Shown piece after piece: positions 12,575 to 25,150 of a stretch of DNA of 64,000 nt (the stretch's first letter is position 1; every line of letters starts with the position of its first letter). The notes beneath the pieces are model-generated. The model made no database searches. It had not been told where the DNA came from and saw nothing but the letters and a program-made list of their open reading frames with translations. The position numbers were made by a program, and so were the translations under genes. Source of the DNA: Azolla caroliniana (Eukaryota; Plantae; Polypodiophyta); contig JBHGNT010000007.1 of the NCBI GenBank assembly GCA_043228905.1, positions 2,852,001-2,916,000 of the forward strand. The letters are read 5' to 3'.

Positions 12575-15012
12575 CTACTTGGGCAGGGAGTTGTAATCTA
12601 GTGGTGGTTTAGGCAATAAAATTGCAGCCAAAATACCACTCGCTAAAGCAGCTATAGAAGCCAACATAAAAGCTGGCATATTACCCCCACCAAAAAGCTC
12701 ATCCCACGGACCACTCCCAAGGGAAACAATAATCTACAATAATGAGAAGCAATCCAAGATGAGTTGAGTGGTGAATGTCTTGCAAAGTGAAGAAAAATGT
12801 CAAGAGTCATCTGAGATGATAGATACATCATACCTGAGGAACTACTACTCCCAAGTTGAGCACGCCCATGGAAAGACCTGGAAGGTGAAAAAATAGTTCT
12901 TGATATTAAGATATTTTTAAAATATAAGCCAGGACCATGGCCTCGCCTGGTAATTCACAGGTTAGCAGTTCAGCTTCCACACCCATCCTCAGATTGGAAT
13001 TAACCCCCCAAGTAAGAGAGAAAACATTACTTACTAAACTAGAATGTTTAGGCAGTCATTGCAACTATAAACTAAAAGCAGAAACATGATAGTATAGTGT
13101 TAAAGATTATACTTTATAACCTTAAGGTTGTGGGTTAAAGTATAATTCCAGTGTGACCAATGGTATGCTCTTGTAAAACAGACTGTTGTTTTTTACAACG
13201 AAAATGGCTTTACAAAGTCGCTTTCCAAAACTCAAGGGTTGCAAAAGGATAGTATTTTTCTTCTAACAAATCAATTAAGGCACATGTTACTGAAACATAT
13301 GAATTCACCTTGGCCACCACCGGTTGTATTTGTCACAGTTGTCGTTACAGCATAGGGAACACTATAGGTAACCTGAGACATTACAACATCAATCAAAGAC
13401 CTGTATCATCTTGCGAAAATAGCTTTCAAATCATGTTAAGGCATTGACAACCTACAGCGAGTGGTATACCGAGAACTGCAAAGATACCAATGGCTGACCA
13501 CAAAATACCAGGAGGAGGGTAGCCTGATGCTGAATAAGAACCATCCTTCGATAAGACTGATATAACAACAGTGCCAGAAAAACAGGCACACATTATAAAA
13601 TTGGCTGCAGCCCAGACACATTTCTGGCCAACTTTTCGGCATAAGGGCTCTATGAGTAGTGAAAAAATACCCAAAACAATAGAGTTAAGCATGAGCCCAA
13701 AAGAACCCACTCGAACACCAGTATGGTAAAGCTTTGCCAAATGAGCATCTGTAACAGAGGGTTCACCTAGGTAAACTTCATGTCCCATCCAATCTGTATC
13801 GAAAAGTATGAATGGGAACCAAGAAAACCATGTTAGCGCCGTGACTAGAAGAACAATTTGCATGGGTTTTGGAAGATCCCTAAGAGTGCCAAAAAGCTCC
13901 CAAAAGAAAGCTTCTTGCTCAAGCTCACATCCACCTTCCTCTTCCTCATCTCCACTTACATGAAATGCTTCCTTTGTACCATTGTCATGAGATATCTGAG
14001 TAGAAGACTCCATGCATAACAACATTGGCACAGTGGAATTGGTAAGTTTCTTACTGGTGCAAGTGACTGAAGGACACAGCGGTATTTCAGACGCTGCTGT
14101 GATGCTCATAATTGTTGTCAATGTAAGCATAATGATGGCCAGAAGAAAAGCAGATTTAAGATTGGCACAACTCTTATCACAAGCTATGGTCAAGGTGAAT
14201 GGTAAGACCTTATACCAGCCACTATATGCACCAGTGGCATATCCAAGGATATTTCCAATAGCCATACATAATGAGAAAAAGGCATTTGCTCGGCGAGACC
14301 TCCGATGATCTTTCCCTGTTCCATAACATCAAACAGCTTCATAAGAGTACTATTGTATATCAAGAGTTAATGACCCTGTATGCAATTCAGAAACAAAGTT
14401 ATCTAGCCATGATGCCTTCTGAAATTTGTCTGACTATTGGACCAGAACAAGTCAAGAACAGTATCAATCTTCAAGTAATCAAGTTGGAAAATTGAATGAA
14501 ACTTACACCATCCATTTACCTGTAAAATCTGCAAGAAGGGCGCGGCAAGGACCCTGAAGGGTGTTATTGGCTAGGTCCAAAATCCAGAATCCAACAACAA
14601 AAATGATGATGGCACGAGGACGAGATATCAAGCTATCACCAAGAGCATAGCCAATATCAGCAGAAAAGGCAATGACAAGAACAGCCAAAATAACAAAACC
14701 CGCACCAGTGACTATGAAAGGCCGCCTTCTGCCCCATTTACTCTCACATTGATCACTAAAATGCCCTATAAGGGGTTGCATGAGCATACCAGATATAGGT
14801 CCACAGAGCCAAATATAGCTTGCCCAAGCATGGGGAATACCAAGTTCTTGTACATACGGTGTTAGAAGCGAGAGTTGAAGCGCCCAACCAAATTGAACAC
14901 CAGTTGCCACTAATGACACTCTGGCTAATGCTCTCAACGGTACTCTGTTCTTACCTTTGTTACTTAATAAAGGCTTTTCAATTTCATTCGCAGTCTCCTC
15001 CCAAGTAGCCAT
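12575..15012 (-). CDS. SUT4: Sucrose/H+ symporter, type III (SUT4/SUC4-like), 5 coding exons
   Basis: Inferred exons: 15012-14520, 14315-13456, 13372-13309, 12877-12834, 12733-12575 (TAG). Motifs: [108 protein letters not shown]. The few-exon structure and EAFxWELFG fit type III rather than the many-exon SUT2. Confidence 0.93.
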
Positions 15013-16467
15013 GTTTCCTTTTTTTCAATGGTCTTTCAATTATGAATCTTCTTTTTATAGCACTTCTTGATCAGACTGTTAGCAAGTAGAGAGATCACCT
15101 ACTTGCTCAAATCGTATAATAAGTCTTGTTGGTAGATAGTATACCTATGATAAGGCTTGTTGGTGGATTGAGTATACCTACCTATATTTAAGCTCCTCCA
15201 CAGGGTCCATATAGTTTTTCTTCAATAAAGTAGCATCCTCATAGAACATTTACACCTTGAGATGGTTTTACAATTAGAGAGATTTCAGCTGTTCAAAATG
15301 TATAATCAATTATTATTGGTGGATATAATGCTAGATAGAATATATCTACCTACGTTTAACCTCTTGCGCTGCGTCTATTATGTAACATTGCTCCACTATA
15401 TCTAAGCAGATACATAAATATATTGATGGTTGATGCAGGCACTATCTTGCTTGCTTAGATTGTATGAACAAAAACACGTTGGTAGACCTAGTGCTAGATT
15501 GAAAGTATGTACTTATGTATACAATATAGTAATGTAGTTTATGCATGTGGTGTTTGTATATACAGCATGTTTCCTGCTGGATTGTGTATATAGCTATGTA
15601 GACAGTACAGTAAGGTGGTCATGTGTTATGTATATACAACAATGATACAGCTAGATTGAGCATATGTGTATAGAGTATAGTGAGCAGACTTCTGCATTAG
15701 GGTTTAGTGAGGAGACTAAGTATGCACAAATACCATGGAAACTGATAGATTGAATATATGTTCTTATGTGCAGGGTACGTTGAGCTGGTCTACGCATGTG
15801 GTGCTGCGTGTTTATAAAACATGGTAACATTGATGATACACACTTATGCATACAGAGAGGTGTTTTATGTATGTTTAATGCATTTATACTTCTAGATTGA
15901 ATATATCTACTTGTGTGTAGAGTATAGTGATGTGATCTATGTACTTGCCGTCTTATATAGGTACCATGATGGTATATGATTGCATATATGAAGGTGTATG
16001 TTAGCAATTGATGTATGTGCGATAAAGTGGGTTACCAGCACCTAAATATATAAGACAGAGAGAGAGAGACACACACACACACACACATACAATATTATAC
16101 AGTTCTGATAGCTATGGAATATCATATCAAACCCTTACACAAAAACCACCCACAACGCACGAAGAGAATAGTCGCAAGATGATAAATTGGCGACAAAACA
16201 TAATGGCGGCGATGGGATCTTAGAGAAGGCAATGATCATGGGCAGAAAGGATTTTACGCACACCTTTTTGAGGATAGAGGGAGGATATATCGATGGAGAA
16301 GCCCTCGGGTATCCCACTCTGTTTCTGCTCATCTCAGAGATAACAAGAAGAGGATAGAATGAAGAAAGAAGGCGTCTGTCTGCGTCTTTTTAGTGGGTTC
16401 GTTTCCTCCATGGATACGAGAAGGATTGCAGAGACGAGCGCGACAAATTTGGCTTTGTGAAGTGAAG

Positions 16468-16475
<8 letters not shown>

Positions 16476-16499
<24 letters not shown>
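16476..16499. repeat. (GA)n microsatellite in the probable SUT 5' leader/promoter
   Basis: Visible (ga)n run, read as a CT repeat on the SUT sense strand. Such repeats are typical near plant transcription starts. Confidence 0.85.
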
Positions 16500-17760
16500 T
16501 ATGGGCTACATACTTTACAAATCATTTGGGTTCATTCACACCGGTGCAGGGCCGGGGATCATTTGGGTCCATTCACACTCGTGCAGGACCAGGGATTGGA
16601 TGCTTCGATCCCTCGTTCTCGATACAGGACAAGCTTGCTCAATGCCAAGCTTCGGAAGCGAAATCCGTGTGTGCAGGGAAGGATATCATGCCAATACGAT
16701 CACATTCGCGGAAGTTATATAAGAATTGAAGAATGCCATTCCTTTGTTAGTGCTTACGACCACTCCCCACAACTGATCATTCATCTCGGCATCACCTGCC
16801 CACACTCGAATTGTATATGGTTCATTCGCATGAATATGGAGGCTTTGTTTCAATGTATGATCTTATTGAATGGGCGACAATTGAGATTGATTCTATGCAA
16901 GGTGGAAATTTTCTTGTACAACATATTTTAAGCTTCCCCCACAAAAACAAGTAAGGACCGAGCACGAGTAGTTCAACCAACACTGCCCAGTTCTAATTGG
17001 TCAACCAACCATCTTTGTTGCATTTCATGATCCTACTATCCGCAATATAATCGAGTAAAGGAAAAAAACAAATTGAGAGAAGAAAAACGACAATTGATTC
17101 TAAAGCGAAAGGTACACACCAACACTAGTTCTATTGCTCAAAAAAATTAAGCATTCTAGAGACTCCAGAGTTCAGTTGTCGAGATTCAACCACACAATTG
17201 TAATTCATGTCCCTGTGGGGCAAAAGTTTTGGGCACAAAAAAATTGTGGCAATTGATCTATTGCTCAACTTGCAGTGGCTTGTCAAAAATCGGCAAGGCT
17301 CTAATGGCCTCAGTGTGATATTTTTTTCTTGATGTAGAACGATTCATAGGTAAACAAATATAGACAATTAAGGGAATCAATCCACATAGCAAATTGTTTC
17401 TATTTCTTTATAGAATAGTATATGAATCAAATGTCCTTTTTAGGAAAAAGGTGAGGTTTTCTTTATTCCCCAAATGCCCTTTGGTCAATGCCCTCTTCCG
17501 CATTTATATGTACTACATGATCAATTATACAATTGATTCATCCCCTTATCTCAATCACATGTGCAATAGGAACGATTGTATGGTCAAATTGTCTCCTTTT
17601 TATCTCTTTTTGGGTTGACTAGGGACGTTTCAAGAAATAAACAAAAACTCATAAGTATTATTTTAAGAAATTTCCCCTTTGTTTTATTCTTTAAATTTTA
17701 ATTAACCATTCGGGACACGAAAAGGACAAAAAAGAATTCCCAAAAAACGAAAAGGACAAA

Positions 17761-18737
17761 AAAGAATTCCCAAAAAAGATACTACATTAGTATTAGAAAA
17801 CACCATAAGGCTAAACATACAAGATATACCACCAATCTCTTATGTTTTTCTAAATTCTAACCATCGGCTTAAATAAATACTTTGGTGTTGAGTAGAACCA
17901 CTCCACCTTATCAAAACGTCGTCTATAGAATATACCTATGTCCCAAATGGCATGAAACTCCAAACGCTTAAGCTCCACTTGATGCGTATTACCTTTTATA
18001 CTATCCAAAACCCCTCTGAGATTATGCACAATCTCTATCCAAATTCCCGAATTTATTTGGGCAGGTCTTGTAGTCACATTTGAAATACCTTCAAACATCG
18101 AGCCTTCCAAATATACCAAATTGTAATACTACTTACCAATTGTCATATTTGAGGTTTATCAATTTGTATTTGTGGATTCAAAGTGATCAAAAAAATTCCA
18201 TCAAACCATGTCTCATCACAATAGCATCTGCAACCTCCTCCTGTTAATACACCATAGGTTTATCATGTACCACCGCCTATAATATTGCACCCCATGTCTA
18301 CACCGTTGTAGGATATACTGGAGTTAATAATTTTATGATTCGTTTCCATATGTCCATAGCAAAACCACAAACTCCACAAACAATGTTTAGCAGTCTCTAT
18401 TACATCTATACAGAAAGGGCACATCTTGTCTACAGTTCCTTTTCGCCACCCATTAATTGGTATAGCATTATGAACTAACAACCATCGAAAACAAACAATT
18501 TTCCTACTCATCTTTATACCCCACAGCCATTTCCAAAATTGTTTGAGATGTTTTGGAGAAAGTCCATTTTGTCTCCAAACAACATTTGCAATTGGTTCTT
18601 TCTATGATCTAGCACCTAATATTTTCCTACCAATCTTCACAGAATACTGAAAGAACGGCACGTATTTGATGTGATCTTGTACCCACACCTTCCAATACAG
18701 TTCTCCAAGATCCTAAGTTAATCTATATATTGGTCTC
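17761..18737 (-). mobile_element. 5'-truncated L1-like LINE (family A) 3' fragment with 13-bp TSD
   Basis: zf-RVT-like CFRWLLVHNAIP...CPFC...ETAKHCLW. Homologous to 33975-34830. Flanking direct repeat cgaaaaggacaaa at 17748-17760 and 18738-18750. Confidence 0.85.
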
Positions 18738-19499
18738 CGAAAAGGACAAATATTACTCGAACATTGCTCGAGTAATATTTGTGTGCATCATTTAGTTGCA
18801 TGTTTAGTTGCCACATATTTTAGAACTAATTGAACCATGCATTGCCAAGAGAAAAAATACATATTGAGGCACATTTTAACAAACTTAAATTAATTAAAAA
18901 TACGTCAAATGTCAAAAATTGATGTGTTGGGTCTAACATTAATCACATTACAAAACATAGCTAAAACATTTAAAGTTTCTATAGCATCTAGGCCCATAAA
19001 CCATAGGAGACTTGTTAGAGATCAATAGTTTTGCAGTCTTCTTAGTAACAATAAGGTATATAAATTTTACATACTGCAGGATGATAAACACATAATGGGG
19101 TAATGTTTCTGAATGTCTATGGTTACATTTCTATGGTACTTATTGGTAAAGACACTCTATCTAACTAATGGAAAGTATCTTTTTATAATAATAAAAACAA
19201 CAAGGTATATAGACATGTAAGAGCAATTATGGACAATATAATTGTGGATTTCGCAATCAAGGTTAAGGAGTCCACATGATGGATAATGTGGAGAGGTGAT
19301 GGTTAGACCAGTGCTTTTCCATTGGTCCTCCATTTCCACTACATATGTCATATGTTTACATGCACGTAGAGAAAACCTTTGCTACTATGATTATTATCAA
19401 TATTGCTTCAAACAAATGTATATATTAGAATATTTGCTCAAAAACATTCATTCTCATTGAAATAAACAAGCTATACTCATGTTCTCCCAAGCCACCTCT

Positions 19500-21370
19500 C
19501 TCTCCTTACATGGCTAAGATGGTTGGATCCAAGTGAAGTTGACACAATTATAAATGTCATCCAATTAACATAGGTTGGATCATGTATTTGCATGTTCTGG
19601 GTTTTCATTATTCTCAAACCGAGGTTCTCATGCCAATTGGAGGATAGATTCAGTGCATCCATGTGGAAGGCCCGGTGTGACATAAGATGAGGGCTCAAGT
19701 GCGATCAGTCTAAATCCAAACTTGCTCGGCTCCATCAATGCATCCTTTGGAACCCATGCATCAAAGATGAATTAGGTAAACTAATTGGATCAAGTAAGGG
19801 GATGTCACAAGGAAGCATTGCAGAAGTCCAACAACATGGAGGAGGGATCCTTGATTCCAAGAGGTCGGGAAACACCGTCTAGGATCCAAGGCCACAAGTT
19901 GCAAGTCAATTTGGAACCAATAACAATGAACATGACGGTTTGAGTGCTCATGTATACAGGTAGTAAGTGGATTGTTGATCTCAACCTGGTCAAAGTACAA
20001 CCATAGTGGCACATATGTGTTCATGAAAATACATGGCATGATCCATTTGCGGGACAAGGAAGCAAAGTTGTCCCCTTCTTCCAATTCAAAACCAGATTGG
20101 GTCATCATATCCTAGCTGCTAAAACAACCCGAGAACCAGTTGTTGCAAAGACATGGCACACATATCATATCCCCCTACAATTATTGACAAGTTTTGGTAG
20201 CAGTTATGGAAACAATAGCAAGCTAGGTTGTCACATTCTAGACTCGAATCTCTGACCTTTAACACACAGTACATTGTGTTGTGTCAACCATATGGAAACT
20301 CTTATGAACTGTCCACATGGATTGTGCACTTGTATATATTGTAGAGTCTAATGTATAGTACATTCAAGAATATTCTAGTCGTTAATACATTCTAGAATTA
20401 TTCTGTGGTATATTCTAAACGGGTATATTCTCGAGTATATTCTAGAGATATTCAATCTCGAAAATTGTATAAATACTTGTAACATCATTGGTCCCTTTCA
20501 AGGGATTCAACACCAGTCATTGACACATCAATCTAGTATTCTCGTTTTGCCTCATCTTTGTCTCCTTGATCTTTATTTCTGTCTTCATGCCCTCATGTCG
20601 CTCACAACATCTAGAGTTTCTAACCTCGTCACATCGAGCTCCAAGTTCATCTGTCACTCATAGCCCCATCATCTGTGCTCCGTCCTAGTCCGTGTTTGGT
20701 GTGTCGTGACATAGGTGAATTACCACATTCCAATGGTTATTAATATAAACGTAATTGTTGGTTGATGCGGGGCGCCACCGGATCCTCAATGCAATAGAAT
20801 CCATCCAACATGCTCTATGAGACTACCTAGAAACCCCATCAAATATGGAAGGGGGTTGGCTGAATATTGCAATTATGCAAGGTTCAAGGCTCAATCAAGT
20901 GCGGAAATGTATGTTGGTTATCTTGGCAAGCCCCAATTGATAGATACGAACATTAGGACGAGGGGATGACATTGGTGATAAAGGCACATGAGATTTTGTT
21001 TTTCATTGCCGACAATGTTCACTCAACCCACATCACTACCAAATATCAAGTCGTGATGGAATTGGTCAGCCCAATAACACTATGAACTATCTTGAAACCA
21101 TGATGTAGGTGGGTCTTCTCGAATCAAACCATTCACAAGCAATGTTATTGTAGGAGATATGGAGTGAAGTTGTTGTCACTCTAAAGAGCCAATACGATGG
21201 CCTCATGAGCAAATCTGAAGGACCCAAAAGACAAGCTTAGCCTTCATCCAACGATGGTCATCCTCTCCCATTCTTGAAGCAATGGGCCTCCACATAAGAT
21301 GGAACTATTGATCCCCTTCTGGGGTTTGTATATAACATTCATTGTTGTAAATTTTTATAACTAATGGAAG
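19500..21370 (+). mobile_element. L1-like LINE family B fragment, interrupted by a solo LTR
   Basis: ILWNPCIKDELGKLIGSSKG matches the reverse complement of 23740-23800. The 3' end (ttttataactaatggaag) matches the other family B copies. The left boundary is approximate. Confidence 0.75.
20229..20711. mobile_element. Solo LTR with 5-bp TSD TAGGT
   Basis: TGTCAC...GTGACA inverted termini. taggt at 20224-20228 and 20712-20716. Homologous to 23805-24304. Confidence 0.9.
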
Positions 21371-21886
21371 CTAATATGATATATGCTTATATAAGGAGAA
21401 ATTCTAGAACTTTGTGATATGTATCACAAGATTTACATGAATGACATATGGAACTTCTTGTGTTTCCACGATCTCAATTCTGATGTTGAGAGTTCTTCAA
21501 CCATCTACTAACATATGTGTATAGCTTGCATGGTACCTAGAGGAGGGGAGTAGGTTAATATTATGGTGGTATTGTAAATACATCCATACATTACATGAAA
21601 AAATTTAACTCCACAATTACACACAACATTCTAATGTTGAAACATCCACCCCTTCCTTCAATGCTTAAGGCGCAATACAAATTATCTCATTGCAAGCAAA
21701 AATGAGTTGATACACAATAAAATATGTGTGTGGTGATTCACAGCATCAACGAACAAAGTTTGTAATGTGCATGCATAGTGAATTACAACATCAGTGAACA
21801 AGGAATGCTATGTTTGGCTATTGTAAAACAAATATACAATGGATCTCTTCTCAAATGTATAATATAACCATGTTTTTTCTCTTTGA

Positions 21887-23804
21887 CCTTTTTTTTCCAA
21901 AAAAAAACTCCTTCCATTAGTTATAAAATTTTACATATGAGAGTGTTATATACAAATCCCTATAGGGACACAATAGTTCCATCTTATGCGGATGCCCACT
22001 AACTCAAGAAAGGGAGAGGACAACTATTAGAGATTAGGTACTAAAGTAAGCATAAAATAAGGATATATCAATGATAGATCTAGAAAGAATAGAGAGAAAA
22101 GAGAGAAAGAAGGGTGCCGATCCACCCGACCACCCCCGAGCGAAGGGATCGAGACGGACTCGAGCCTCGATCGGCGTCCCATACCACCGCCTTGGCGTCG
22201 AGTCGTACCTGGATGATAGCGCGCTTGCTACAAGAGTCGTTCCACTCACGGACAGAGTCTCGACGTAGTCAATGCATGATGAAATGAGGGTAGCTAGGCC
22301 TCTTATTTATAGTAATTCTCAAGGCCCCCAGCCATGTTCACACTTGGCCTCATGGGTTGTCTCAATCCCGAGGATTAAAAGTAATCCTCCCCTTCTTTAG
22401 ACTCTTTGTTTAACCCTCACACTTATCCACGTGTATAGAATACTACGACAATTCTCACCACGGGATATTATATGGTCATGCCCGTAACAACAACCATTGT
22501 TGGATGAAGGCTAGTCGTTGTCTTTCAACTCCACTGGAACCGCCCTTGAGGCCATCGTATTGGCTCTTTAGAGTGACAACAACTTCACTCCATATCTCTT
22601 GCATTAACATTAGTGGATGTGCGGTTTGGTTAGAGAACACCCGTTTACACCATTGTTTCAATAGAATCCAAAGAGTTGTTGGGTTGACCAATTCCAACAC
22701 AACTTGAGATTTGGCATTAATAGGTGTTGAGTGGATATTGCCGATGGTGGAAAAAATAATCTCTCGTGCTTTTATCACCAAAGTCATCCCCTCCTCCTGA
22801 TACTTGTACATGTCAACTGGGGCCTACCATGCTAACCAACATACATTTCCCCACTTGATTGTGCCTTGCACCTAGCATTATTGCAATTGGCAGCCAACCC
22901 CTCGCCATATTCGATGGGTCTCTGGGCAGTCCCACAGAGCATGTCGGATTGATTCAATTGCATTTGGGCACGCTACACAATTAGGAGAGCTACGGTTAAC
23001 ACACTGCCACACTCCAGCCGATAGTGACTTATGTATTAATAGCCATTGGAACGTGGTAATTCGCCTCACATGTTGTTGTTTCTAGTTTTTCTGCCAAAAC
23101 TTGGTACTAATTGTGTGAGGAACATGATATGTGTGCCAAACCTTTGCAGCAGCTGACTCTCAAGCAGTTTGAGCGGCTAGAATGTGGTGACCTAATCTAG
23201 TCGTGAATTGGAAGAAAGGGATGGTTTTGCTTCCTTGACCTACATAAGGATCACGTCATGTCCATTACAAAGGGTCCCAAGTGACCTTACATAAGGATCA
23301 CGTCATGTCCATTACAAAGGGTCCCAAGTGACCTTACATAACCATGTGTTTTCATGATTACATATGTGCCATTCTGGTTGTACTTTGATCGGATCGGGAT
23401 CTACAATCCATTTATGACCAGTATATGCGAGTACTCGAATTGCCATATTCAATGTTAGTGTCGCATTGTCTCACAATTCAAAGCCTTCGATCATGTCCAG
23501 TGTTTCCCTACCTCTTGGGATCAAAGAACCCTCCTCCTCATAGCCTATCCATTTATCCATTGTCGTCCTTTGATTAACAACTTCCCTAAGCAGTAAAACG
23601 TTAATAATTTCAAATCTCATAGTCCATCCATCCCTAATTCCATGGAGTATGTTGGCTTGATCTTGTATTGGCAATGACATAAACCATCTCCAACTCTATA
23701 CTTTTTCCTAGACCATCTGCAATGTATCCCCATGACAACCCCTTACTTGATCCAATTAGTTTATCAAATTCATCTCTGATACATGGGTTCCATAGGATAC
23801 GTTG
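21887..23804 (-). mobile_element. L1-like LINE family B fragment, interrupted by a solo LTR
   Basis: zf-RVT-like FQWLLIHKSL...CVACPNAIESIRHALWDCP and EIWSEVVVTLKSQYDGL. Co-linear with 45827-46638. Internal 47-bp tandem duplication at about 23236-23340. Confidence 0.85.
22025..22489. mobile_element. Solo LTR (second family) with 5-bp TSD ACAAC
   Basis: The insert is absent from the homologous LINE site near 45960. acaac at 22020-22024 and 22490-22494. Termini TATTA...TAACA (TGTTA with one change). Confidence 0.85.
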
Positions 23805-24304
23805 TGTCACAACACAGTCACATAAAATACATAGTTAGTAAGGATTGAACCTACAACCTCACATCAACAAGATGTCATGCTCAACAATTTTGATATGAGC
23901 ATGTACTTGTATATAATTTAGCATTGTATGGTCTAGCATATAGTACATTTCAGAATCAAAATATTCTAGTTGTTAGTATATTCTAGAAATATTGTACGAT
24001 ATATTCTAGATAGGTATATTTTAGAGATATTTCTCGAGTATATTCAATCTTGAAACTTGTATAAATACTTGCAACCTCCTTGGTCCCTTTCAAGGGATTC
24101 AACACCAATCATTGACACATCAATCTAGTATTCTTGTTCCATTCCATCTTGTCTCATTCTTCATCTCTGTCTTCATGCTCTCCATAGTTTCCTAAGTTCA
24201 TAGTCTCATCACTCAAAGCTTCTAGAGTTCCTAGCCTCGTCACTTCTAGTTCTACGTTCGTCATCCATGCTCCGTCGTAGTCTGCAGTTGGTGTGTCCGT
24301 GACA
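23805..24304. mobile_element. LTR of the same family as 20229-20711; no clean TSD
   Basis: TGTCAC...GTGACA termini. Shared core ttgtataaatacttg...ggtccctttcaagggattcaacacc...cattgacacatcaatctagtattct. Confidence 0.85.
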
Positions 24305-24399
24305 GTTTGAATCCCTGAAAGGATAAGCTTGTGTTCTACAAACTGAAAGGAAGCGTTGCTAGAAAGAACTTGATATTGGAACAACATGGAAGTTAGATG

Positions 24400-25150
24400 C
24401 ATGATTTTATGGTATTCTGGGGATACGCTTGTGTTCTCTAAGAAATCTCTAGATTGTGAACCTCAAACCCAACCAATGACATTTAATGGATGCTTCAAAC
24501 TATGGATTATATTGAGTGAAATCACACAAGTTAGGTCACCATGATCTACATAAAATGACTCAAATGCATCAATTATATCTATAGAGGCAATAGATTGACC
24601 ATCTGTAACTATAATAGATGGACAACATGGTTTTTTCAAGAGGATTTTGTGTGTCAAGGAAAACTTTTGGTCTATGAAGCAAGAGTTGGTTCTTGAATCC
24701 AATATATTAGAGGCAAGGACTAAAATCTAGAAGTTGTGTAGTAAAAACACTACTAACTGAATTCAGCAAATTGGAACCATTACTTTGGATTGACTCTACA
24801 AATAATGAGTTGTCCAACGAATGACGCTTTTTTGGCTATCTGTATTGGTTTAACACTCCATCTAGTTTGCAAAGGACTTCAAACCTATAGGATGGTGTAG
24901 GGTTACTAGGATTGCTAGATTTAACTTGAGAGTCAACATCAAATTTACCACTAGCACGCACTTGGTTTACTTATGTCGAGGTTGATGAGGACAATTTATC
25001 CCTAATTTTGTCGTGGGCAACCACAATACAAACATATATGGTTTGCTCAACGTCTCTACTTTTTAGTTTCCGTCAACAGGCCTTGATGATGTGCAACATC
25101 AATCTCTGTTAGAGTGGACCACCCTTCATTAAAACCATGTTAGGTGCTTG
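24400..25150 (-). mobile_element. Ty3/Gypsy gag zinc-knuckle and aspartic protease remnant
   Basis: Minus strand reads EIDVAH and RR*ANHICLYCG (CCHC knuckle), then LDSRTNSCFIDQKF (degenerate LDSGA protease) and VIGW/FEVHNLEI. Confidence 0.7.

Noticed and set aside
12530-12577. In-frame extension after the SUT TAG (FVLHTANYSPSLP*), suggesting readthrough or a premature stop
   Set aside because: The protein is already complete after TM12, and a short open stretch is expected by chance.
21864-23352. taaccatgtttttt / taaccatgtgtttt as a TSD for the LINE at 21887
   Set aside because: The right-hand match is internal LINE sequence also present in the plus-strand copy near 20030.
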